A stretch of DNA of 64,000 nucleotides from the NCBI GenBank assembly GCA_947449035.1, contig CANFQC010000001.1, positions 65,659 to 129,658 on the forward strand, given 5' to 3'. Source of the stretch: Actinomycetota bacterium (lineage in GTDB: Bacteria > Actinomycetota > Actinomycetes > S36-B12). A program made the position numbers and the translations under genes. A model generated the notes under the pieces. That model worked only from the letters and a program-made list of their open reading frames with translations, searched no databases and was not told where the DNA came from. This document shows, in pieces, positions 55,432-64,000 of this stretch. Every line of letters starts with the position of its first letter. The first letter of the stretch is position 1.

Positions 55432-56487
55432 TTAGCTCTCGCCGAACCCCAAGAGATGATCGTCAATGGTCCCCGACGTAAGCCCGCCGAGATCCCCGCT
55501 CAACAGTCCTCCACTAGGGCGCCGAAGATGGGCAGCTTGCCAGGCCGACCACGCCGAGGTGACCATGTCGCGAAGATCGCGAGTCGCTTTCCAGCCGAGC
55601 TCGCTTTCGATCTTCGCGGTCACGGCGAAGCAAGCAGGTGGGTCACCGGCACGACGGCCTACGATCTGCGCATTCACGTCGGTCCCGATGACCTCACTAA
55701 TCATGGACATCACCTCGAGCACCGATGAGCCCTGGCCGCGACCGACATTGAAGGACTCTGCACGGCCGCCGGTCTCGCACCGAGCGGCAGCCGCGACATG
55801 GGCGGCCGCCAGGTCGGCTACGTGGACGTAGTCGCGAATGCAGGAGCCATCAGGAGTCGGGTAGTCATCACCGAAGACCTTGGGGCGCTCACCGATGCTC
55901 AGTGCACGGAAGACCATGGGCACGAGGTTGTTCACGCTGCGGTCGCCAAGGGCATCGCTGCCTGCACCGGCCACATTGAAGTAGCGCAGGGCCACCCAGG
56001 AGAAACCGTGCGCGATTCCCATGCCGCGTGCAAGCCATTCACCTACGACTTTGGTCTCGCCGTAAGGCGACTCGGGGTTCAACGGGAAATCCTCCGAGAC
56101 CGGATTGCTTGCCGGTGTTCCGTACACAGCAGCCGATGAGGAGTAGACGAAGTTTGTGACGCCTGCATCATTCATCGCACCGAGCAGCGCCTGAGTGCCC
56201 GCGACGTTTTCGTCGTAGTAATACAGCGGCATGTGAACTGACTCGCCAGCAGCCTTCTTGGCAGCAAGGTGGATGACGCCATCAACCTTGTGCTCTTGAA
56301 GTGCAGCGGTGACAGCCTCGCGATCAGCTACCGAGGCAACAATGAGCGGGACGTCGGACGGCACGTTCTCGCGAACGCCTGAGGAGAGATCATCAAGAAC
56401 GACAACACTGCGGCCGCTGGACTGGAGTTCACGAATGACGTGCGCACCGATGTAACCGGCGCCTCCGGTCAGCAGCCAGGTGGTCAT
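55432..56487 (-). CDS. galE: UDP-glucose 4-epimerase
   Basis: LTGGAGYIGAH, SSSAAVYG, YGETK catalytic motif. Confidence 0.85.
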   Translation of the reverse strand: MTTWLLTGGAGYIGAHVIRELQSSGRSVVVLDDLSSGVRENVPSDVPLIVASVADREAVTAALQEHKVDGVIHLAAKKAAGESVHMPLYYYDENVAGTQALLGAMNDAGVTNFVYSSSAAVYGTPASNPVSEDFPLNPESPYGETKVVGEWLARGMGIAHGFSWVALRYFNVAGAGSDALGDRSVNNLVPMVFRALSIGERPKVFGDDYPTPDGSCIRDYVHVADLAAAHVAAAARCETGGRAESFNVGRGQGSSVLEVMSMISEVIGTDVNAQIVGRRAGDPPACFAVTAKIESELGWKATRDLRDMVTSAWSAWQAAHLRRPSGGLLSGDLGGLTSGTIDDHLLGFGES

Positions 56488-57383
56488 TCGAACTTCTCCC
56501 CCGTCATGATCTCGTACGCCTCGATGTACTTTGCGCGAGTCTTCTCGACAATTTCGTCAGGGAGGGGCGGCGGCGGGGTGTTGGAGTTCTTATCCCAGCC
56601 AGACGCTGGCGAGGTGAGCCAGTCACGCACGAACTGCTTATCGAATGAGGGCTGCGCGTGACCGGGCTCCCACTGATCGAGGGGCCAGTAGCGCGAGGAG
56701 TCAGGGGTGAGCACTTCGTCGGCGAGCACGATCTGGCCCTTGTGCTTGCCATTGGTACCGAAGCCGAATTCGAACTTGGTGTCAGCGAGAATCAGTCCGC
56801 GCTGATGCGCGAGCGCATCGGCACGACGGTAGATGTCGAGTGACAGGCGCTTGAGCTCCTGCGCCTCCTCCTGTCCGATGGTGATGACGACCTCGTCGAA
56901 GGTGACGTTCTCATCGTGATCGCCGATGGCAGCCTTCGTCGCCGGGGTGAAGATCGGCTTCGGCAGAAGCGAGCCATCAACGAGTCCGGGTGGCAGACCA
57001 TTGCCGCAGATCTGACGGGTGGCCTTGTAGTCAGCCAGGCCAGAGCCTGCGAGGTAACCGCGCACGACGCACTCAACTGGCAGCATCTCGAGCGGCTCGC
57101 AGATCATCGCGCGACCCGCCACGGACTTCGGCACTGCAGTGGTTTCCAGGTGATTGGCCACGACACCCTCAAGTGTCTGGAACCACCACAGCGAAAGCTT
57201 CGTAAGGATGCGGCCCTTGTCAGGAATGGTGGTCGGCAGCACCCAGTCATAGGCCGAGATGCGATCACTGGCAATGAAGAGCAGTCGCTCATCGGGCGTG
57301 CGATAGAGATCGCGCACCTTGCCGGAGTAAACGTGGGTGTAGCCCTCGGGAAGCCCGTAGTCGGTAACGGGGATGTTGGTCAC
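56484..57383 (-). CDS. purC: phosphoribosylaminoimidazole-succinocarboxamide synthase
   Basis: GKVRDLY, LFIASDRISA, ILADTKFEFG motifs (long actinobacterial form). Confidence 0.95.
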   Translation of the reverse strand: MTNIPVTDYGLPEGYTHVYSGKVRDLYRTPDERLLFIASDRISAYDWVLPTTIPDKGRILTKLSLWWFQTLEGVVANHLETTAVPKSVAGRAMICEPLEMLPVECVVRGYLAGSGLADYKATRQICGNGLPPGLVDGSLLPKPIFTPATKAAIGDHDENVTFDEVVITIGQEEAQELKRLSLDIYRRADALAHQRGLILADTKFEFGFGTNGKHKGQIVLADEVLTPDSSRYWPLDQWEPGHAQPSFDKQFVRDWLTSPASGWDKNSNTPPPPLPDEIVEKTRAKYIEAYEIMTGEKFE

Positions 57384-58804
57384 AGGATGTCTCCGGGCTT
57401 GTATCCGGCGACTTCCGGATGTTCGTTGACGATCGCCTCTACGCGCAGCGCGATTGCCTTCACCTGATCACCAGCGGCGCCGGTGAAGTCGAGAGGGTCA
57501 GCGATGAGGGCAGTGAGTTCATCGACGGAGAGTTCGAGACGCGCATCATTCGACAGGCGCACGAGCAGATCGTTCTCTGACAAGCCCGCCTCGCGCATCT
57601 GGAGCGCAACAGAAACGGCGTGCTCCTTGATTGCTTCGTGCGCGGTCTCGCGGCCGACTCCCTTGCGCACCGATGCCATGAGCACCTTGGTGGTCGACAG
57701 AAAAGGCAGGTAGCGCTCAAGCTCGCGATCGATAACAGCCGGGAAGGCGCCGAAGTCATCGAGCACTGTCAGGAAAGTCTCGAAGAGTCCGTCGAGGGCG
57801 AAGAAGGAATCGGGAAGTGCAACGCGGCGAACAACCGAGCACGACACATCGCCTTCATTCCACTGCGTTCCTGAAAGCTCAGCGGTCATTGTCAGGTAAC
57901 CCTTGAGGATGATCGAGAAACCATTGACTCGCTCACACGAACGCGTGTTCATCTTGTGCGGCATTGCCGATGAGCCGACCTGGCCGGGGCGGAAGCCCTC
58001 GGTGACGAGATCGTGGCCGGCCATCAGGCGAATCGTGGTGGCAAGACTCGACGGTGCTGCCGCAACCTGCACGAGTGCAGCGACGACATCAAAGTCGAGT
58101 GAGCGCGGGTAGACCTGGCCAACACTGCTGAGCACGTTCTGGAAACCAAGGTGGCGTGCGACGCCTTCTTCAAGCTGTGCGAGTCGTTCGGAAGAACCGA
58201 GAAGATCGAGCATGTCCTGCGCCGTGCCGACCGGACCCTTGATGCCACGAAGTGGGTAGCCAGCGATCAGGTTGTTGAGGCGGTCATACGCAACGAGGAG
58301 TTCATCGGCGGCAGAAGCGAAACGCTTGCCCAAGGTCGTGGTCTGCGCGGGCACGTTGTGAGAGCGACCGGTGATTGCGGTGTCGGAGTAGGCGACAGCC
58401 AGAGATGCAAGACGCTCCAGCGCTGCGATGACCTTTACGCGCACGAGCAGGAGCGAGTCGCGGATCTGGAGCTGCTCGACGTTCTCGGTGAGATCGCGCG
58501 AGGTCATGCCAAGGTGAATGGTCTCGAAGCCCGCGAGGTCGTTGAACTCCTCGATACGGGCTTTGACGTCGTGCTTGGTGACGCGCTCGCGTGCGGCGAT
58601 CGAGGAGACGTCAACCTGATCGATCACGGCGCGGTAGGCATCGAGCGCGCCGGCCGGAATCGCCAGGCCGAGCTCGGCCTGGGAGGCCATGACGGCCAAC
58701 CAGAGCTGGCGCTCCATGACGATCTTCGCCTCAGGTGACCACAGATCGGTCATGGCTCCAGAGGCGTAGCGGCCGGCCAGGACATTGGGGATCGACGAGG
58801 TCAC
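57380..58804 (-). CDS. purB: adenylosuccinate lyase
   Basis: Fumarate-lyase signature GSSAMPHKMN; 474 aa. Confidence 0.95.
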   Translation of the reverse strand: MTSSIPNVLAGRYASGAMTDLWSPEAKIVMERQLWLAVMASQAELGLAIPAGALDAYRAVIDQVDVSSIAARERVTKHDVKARIEEFNDLAGFETIHLGMTSRDLTENVEQLQIRDSLLLVRVKVIAALERLASLAVAYSDTAITGRSHNVPAQTTTLGKRFASAADELLVAYDRLNNLIAGYPLRGIKGPVGTAQDMLDLLGSSERLAQLEEGVARHLGFQNVLSSVGQVYPRSLDFDVVAALVQVAAAPSSLATTIRLMAGHDLVTEGFRPGQVGSSAMPHKMNTRSCERVNGFSIILKGYLTMTAELSGTQWNEGDVSCSVVRRVALPDSFFALDGLFETFLTVLDDFGAFPAVIDRELERYLPFLSTTKVLMASVRKGVGRETAHEAIKEHAVSVALQMREAGLSENDLLVRLSNDARLELSVDELTALIADPLDFTGAAGDQVKAIALRVEAIVNEHPEVAGYKPGDIL

Positions 58805-58819
58805 GGCCTCATTCTTCCA

Positions 58820-60085
58820 TCACTGGGATGTGCTGGCTGCCAGGGCGATGTCGCGGCGGTGATGGGAGCCCTCAAGGCGGATCAAGTCGAGTGCGGCATA
58901 AGCCCGCTCCCGTGCCTCGTGGAGGGATTCGCCGTGCGCGGTGACCGAGAGCACCCGGCCACCGTTGGAGGCAATTCCGTCATCGGTGATCTTCGTGCCG
59001 GCATGCAGAATCGAGACGCCGACCACCTCGCCTGCCTCCTCGAGGCCGCTGATGACATCGCCGGTGACCGGGCTCTCGGGGTAGCCCTTAGCTGCCACGA
59101 CAACCGTGACCGCTGAGCCCTTGCGCCACTGCAGAGGAGGTAACGAGGCGAGGCGGCCGGTGGCCGAAGCCAGCAGCACTGAGGCAAGCGGAGTCTTCAG
59201 GCAGGCAAGAACCACTTGAGTCTCGGGATCGCCGAAGCGTGCATTGAATTCGATGACGCGAACTCCGCGCGAGGTCAGCGCGAGACCTGCGTAGAGCAGT
59301 CCACTGAATGGGGTGCCGCGCTTGGCCATCGCATCGACCATCGGCTGCAAAACGCGAGCGGTCACGTCTTCAACAAGGCCCGCCGGTGCCCAAGGCAGCG
59401 GCGAGTACGCACCCATGCCACCGGTGTTCGGGCCGGCATCACCATCGTGCGCGCGCTTGAAATCCTGCGCAGGCTGAAGCGGAATGATCGTCGTGCCATC
59501 GGTAATGCCGAAGAGCGAGACCTCGGGGCCGTCGAGGTACTCCTCGATCACGACCCGAGCATCTCCCCCGCGAGCCAGGCAAGCAGCTGCATGCGCGAGT
59601 GCTTCGTCGCGATCATCGGTGACAACAACGCCCTTGCCTGCAGCGAGTCCGTCGTCCTTGACCACATGCGGTGCACCGAACTGATCGAGCGCTGACGCAA
59701 CCTCGTCGACGGATGAGCACACACGCGCCATTGCGGTCGGAACACCGGCCTCTGCCATGACCTGCTTGGCGAATGCCTTGCTGCCTTCGAGCAGCGCAGC
59801 TTCAGCCGAAGGACCGAAGCAGGCGATGCCGCGATCTCGTACTGCATCGGCAGCGCCGGCGACCAGCGGAACTTCGGGGCCGATCACGACAAGATCAGCG
59901 TCGAGTTCATAAGCGAGATCGCCGATCGCATTCGCATCATTGACATCGACGGGAAGAACATCGATCTCGCGTGCGATACCCGCATTGCCAGGTGCGCAGA
60001 TCACCGTCGTGACGGATTCATCCGCAAGAAGTGCAGTGACAAGAGCGTGCTCACGAGCACCGGAGCCAATGACCAGGATCTTCAC
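58820..60085 (-). CDS. purD: phosphoribosylamine-glycine ligase
   Basis: MKILVIGSGAREHAL, ATP-grasp core, GPNTGGMGAY. Confidence 0.95.
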   Translation of the reverse strand: MKILVIGSGAREHALVTALLADESVTTVICAPGNAGIAREIDVLPVDVNDANAIGDLAYELDADLVVIGPEVPLVAGAADAVRDRGIACFGPSAEAALLEGSKAFAKQVMAEAGVPTAMARVCSSVDEVASALDQFGAPHVVKDDGLAAGKGVVVTDDRDEALAHAAACLARGGDARVVIEEYLDGPEVSLFGITDGTTIIPLQPAQDFKRAHDGDAGPNTGGMGAYSPLPWAPAGLVEDVTARVLQPMVDAMAKRGTPFSGLLYAGLALTSRGVRVIEFNARFGDPETQVVLACLKTPLASVLLASATGRLASLPPLQWRKGSAVTVVVAAKGYPESPVTGDVISGLEEAGEVVGVSILHAGTKITDDGIASNGGRVLSVTAHGESLHEARERAYAALDLIRLEGSHHRRDIALAASTSQ

Positions 60086-60189
60086 GGCACAAGCCTATCG
60101 ACCGTGCACAGGCCATGATTCGCGCGAGTTGTCCACAGAGATTCGATCGCTCTTCCATGTGTTGAAACTGACTCATACCTTCGATGGGT

Positions 60190-60262
60190 GCCCCCGTAGC
60201 TCAAGGGATAGAGCACATCCCTAACGAAGATGCGGTTGTCGGTTCGAATCCGACCAGGGGCA
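60190..60262 (+). tRNA. atypical tRNA or tRNA pseudogene: Arg-type body, canonical fold gives anticodon AAC (Val); no encoded CCA
   Basis: GCCCCCGTAGCTCAAGGGATAGAGCACATCCCTAACGAAGATGCGGTTGTCGGTTCGAATCCGACCAGGGGCA. Good D and T arms. C6.A67 and C31.A39 mismatches. Anticodon loop CTAACGA, or a 9-nt loop CCTAACGAA on a 4-bp stem. Confidence 0.6.
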
Positions 60263-60270
60263 CGAAAAAG

Positions 60271-60301
60271 GGAACCGGCCCCGTAAGACGGGGCCGGTTC
60301 C
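60271..60301 (-). terminator. intrinsic terminator of the aminotransferase gene
   Basis: 12-bp perfect stem GGAACCGGCCCC/GGGGCCGGTTCC with a 7-nt loop. On the minus strand it is followed by CTTTTTCG. Confidence 0.8.
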
Positions 60302-60325
60302 TCAATGCGGTCGCTCTTTCGAGCG

Positions 60326-60386
60326 GAGCACATCCCTAACGATCCTCAGGCTAACTCGGCTTGGCCGACGCGGTCAAGATGCGGTT
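60326..60386 (+). repeat. split partial copy of the upstream tRNA (positions 22-48) interrupted by 34 nt
   Basis: 60326-60342 is identical to 60211-60227 (17/17). 60377-60386 is identical to 60228-60237 (10/10). A degenerate D-arm (GCTC-N9-GAGC) lies just upstream. No T-arm or acceptor 3' half. Confidence 0.7.
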
Positions 60387-61732
60387 TAGCCCTCGTAGTA
60401 CTTGTCGATGATGGTGAACACATCGTCGAGGATCGCGAGACCGGCCTCGGCCTCTTCGACCGTGATTGTGCACGGCGGCACGACATGCATGCGGTTGAAG
60501 TTGGCGAACGGCATCAGGCCGCGTGCCTTGCACTCGACCACGAGATCAGTCATGGCCTGTGAAGTTCCGCCATACGGGGCAAGCGGTGCACGGGTTGCGC
60601 GGTTCGTGACGAGATCGAGTGCCCAGAAGACACCAAGGCCGCGAACCTCTCCAATCACCGGGTGTTTCTCCTGCAGGGCACGCAGGCCTGGGCCGAGAAC
60701 CTTCTCGCCGATCATGGCGGCGTTTTCGACGATTCCCTCTTCCTTCATTGCATCGATGGACGCGACGATCGAGGCGGTGGCAAGCGGGTGACCGGAATAG
60801 GTCAGGCCACCCGGGAACACTCGCTCGTCGAAGGTCGCTGCGATGTCGGCACTGATGATGACGCCACCGACCGGCACGTAGCCGGAGTTCGAGCCCTTTG
60901 CGAAGACGATGAGATCGGGCTGGACATCCCAGTTCTGGTAAGCGAACCACTTACCGGTGCGAGCGAAGCCCGACATGGTCTCGTCGGCGATGTAGACGAT
61001 GCCGTACTTGTCGCAGAGTGCACGAACACCTTCGAGGTAGCAGGGCGGCGGAACGAGAACGCCCGCAGTTCCGACGACCGACTCGAGGATGATGCACGCG
61101 ATGGTGTTGGGGCCCTCGAACTGGATGACCTGCTCGAGGTGCTGCAGTGCACGCTCGGATTCCTGGATCTCGCTGTCCGACCAGAACGAGGAGCGGTACG
61201 CGTACGGGCCGAAGAAGTGCACGTGACCATGGGCAAACTCATTCGGCCAACGGCGCGGATCACCCGTCGCAGAGATCGCCGCACCGGTGTTGCCATGGTA
61301 GGAGCGGTATGCGGACATCGCCTTGGCGCGACCCGTATGCACGCGAGCCATGCGAATGGCGTTCTCGACTGCATCGGCACCGCCGTTGGTGAAGAACACC
61401 TTCGCCATATTCGGTGAGGAGAGCTCGACGATGCGCTTCGCAGCATTGTTGCGAGCGTCGTTAGCATGCTGCGGCGCGATGGTCGACAGCAGCGCTGCCT
61501 GATCCTGGATCGCCTTGACGACCTTGGGGTGCTGGTGACCGATGTTGACGTTGACCAGCTGCGAAGAAAAGTCGAGGAACTTATTGCCGTCGTAATCCCA
61601 GAAATAGCTGCCCTCGGCTGCTGCAATGCACATCGGCTTCAACGCCTTCTGCGCACTCCAGGAATGGAAGACGTATTCGCGATCCATGTCGAAGACGGTC
61701 TTGCCGTAAGCGGGATCTGCCGTGTAATCCAT
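60386..61732 (-). CDS. class-III (omega) aminotransferase, PLP-dependent
   Basis: 448 aa. GGADAVENAIRMAR, IADETMSGFARTG, FAKG..SGY (Lys region) motifs. Confidence 0.85.
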   Translation of the reverse strand: MDYTADPAYGKTVFDMDREYVFHSWSAQKALKPMCIAAAEGSYFWDYDGNKFLDFSSQLVNVNIGHQHPKVVKAIQDQAALLSTIAPQHANDARNNAAKRIVELSSPNMAKVFFTNGGADAVENAIRMARVHTGRAKAMSAYRSYHGNTGAAISATGDPRRWPNEFAHGHVHFFGPYAYRSSFWSDSEIQESERALQHLEQVIQFEGPNTIACIILESVVGTAGVLVPPPCYLEGVRALCDKYGIVYIADETMSGFARTGKWFAYQNWDVQPDLIVFAKGSNSGYVPVGGVIISADIAATFDERVFPGGLTYSGHPLATASIVASIDAMKEEGIVENAAMIGEKVLGPGLRALQEKHPVIGEVRGLGVFWALDLVTNRATRAPLAPYGGTSQAMTDLVVECKARGLMPFANFNRMHVVPPCTITVEEAEAGLAILDDVFTIIDKYYEG

Positions 61733-61820
61733 CGAGGCTCCTCTAATCGTGGTCGCGTAAATCTAACGCGCCAATAAGGAGGAGACTAGATCAGCGAATG
61801 TTCACCACATATTGGGGTGA

Positions 61821-63134
<1,314 letters not shown>

Positions 63135-64000
63135 TCACTCCGAATCGAGAAGGCGACGAGCCAATTCCTCGCCAAGGAGGTGGCCGGATAACCAGGCTGT
63201 TTCGACCTTGGGTCCGTCGGCCCAGGCATCACCGGCCAAGCCCAGCAGCCTGTGCTCATCAAGATGGAAAGGCTCACGATGCGCGGTCATCGGCTTGGCG
63301 TAAGTCCAACGATGGGCATCTACCCAAGTCGGCTGGGACGTGAGAGAGAGCACGCGGCTCATGGTGGCGAGCACCAGCGGGAGTACAGACGCCGGTTCGT
63401 CGAGATGACGAGCGGCAAGAACCGGGTTCACGTGCGCGACGAGCACGGGTGCATCGTCACCACGCCGCGATCCGTCATTCGCGATCCAGGTAATCACCGG
63501 ATCGTCATTGACGAACATGCCGTCGAAGTCCTCCCAGCACTGCTGGTCAAACACGGCCGTCACAGCGATAACCGGCTCGTACGTAATACCGGTGAGCGAC
63601 GCTTCGAGCGACGGACTCAGGAGAGAGGTGTCGATGAGGCGATGAGCCTGTGCATTCGGCATGCACAGAGCAACAGCAGATCGACGCTCACCGTCAACGA
63701 TCAACGAAGTGTCGTCTGCGGACACTGAGGTCACGTCGATGCTCGACCAAACATTCGGCAGCTTCGAAGCTGAGTCAGCAATCAATGAGCGCAGACCGCC
63801 GTTTGCGGCATAACGCACCGGCCCGCTGCGTACTGCCTCAACGCCGTCACTGCTGGCGACGTGAAAAGAATTGGTCCACGGTCGCGCGAGATCGCGGGCG
63901 ATCCAGTCATCGACGACAGCGCGAAACTCCGGAGTCGAGACCGTGAAATACGAGGCGCCAATATCCACGACACGTCCGTCAAAGGCAGTTCCGGTGTCAC
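63135..64000 (-). CDS. NAD(P)/FAD-dependent oxidoreductase (renalase-like, COG3380); N-terminus beyond the window edge
   Basis: Frame stays open upstream of the track start to nt 64000 (..DTGTAFDGRVVDIGASYFTV). DxGAxYFT and a C-terminal GDAW..G..VE.AWLSG motif. Confidence 0.7.
   Translation of the reverse strand, partial: DTGTAFDGRVVDIGASYFTVSTPEFRAVVDDWIARDLARPWTNSFHVASSDGVEAVRSGPVRYAANGGLRSLIADSASKLPNVWSSIDVTSVSADDTSLIVDGERRSAVALCMPNAQAHRLIDTSLLSPSLEASLTGITYEPVIAVTAVFDQQCWEDFDGMFVNDDPVITWIANDGSRRGDDAPVLVAHVNPVLAARHLDEPASVLPLVLATMSRVLSLTSQPTWVDAHRWTYAKPMTAHREPFHLDEHRLLGLAGDAWADGPKVETAWLSGHLLGEELARRLLDSE

Overview
High-GC actinobacterial chromosome segment, Micrococcales-like. Supporting marks are a near-identical BldC regulator, the DUF3073-purM-purF synteny known from mycobacteria, S/T/P/A-rich linkers and frequent ATGA/GTGA start-stop overlaps. 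I see no transposase, integrase, CRISPR array or rRNA. Nt 1-24,300 is a mixed accessory and housekeeping block: DmpF/DmpG-type aldolase-dehydrogenase pair, P450/SnoaL/SDR cassette, rpiB-rbsK, a heparinase II/III-like lyase, an HtrA protease, a large multidomain S8 peptidase, Sua5, and tRNAs Lys and Glu-Asp-Phe. Nt 24,300-44,600 is the most unusual part. It holds a divergent gene cluster built around a single ORF that fuses an APC permease to a flavin-containing monooxygenase. Next to it lies a Tat-signal flavin amine oxidase whose sequence order is circularly permuted. Further along is a co-oriented envelope block: small TM protein, kinase-like/SAM-methyltransferase, LtaS-like sulfatase, G/Q/P/M-rich anchored protein and a poly-Gly secreted protein. 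Nt 45,000-63,100 is a compact, co-oriented purine supercluster on the minus strand: purM, purF, [ABC importer], SCP-like, purL, purQ, purS, galE, purC, purB, purD, [tRNA-like], aminotransferase, purA. Between purD and the aminotransferase sits an atypical tRNA with an Arg-like body, anticodon triplet AAC and two C.A mismatches. About 115 nt downstream is a split, partly perfect copy of its D/anticodon region. All calls come from reading the translations and the DNA by eye; no database search was run.
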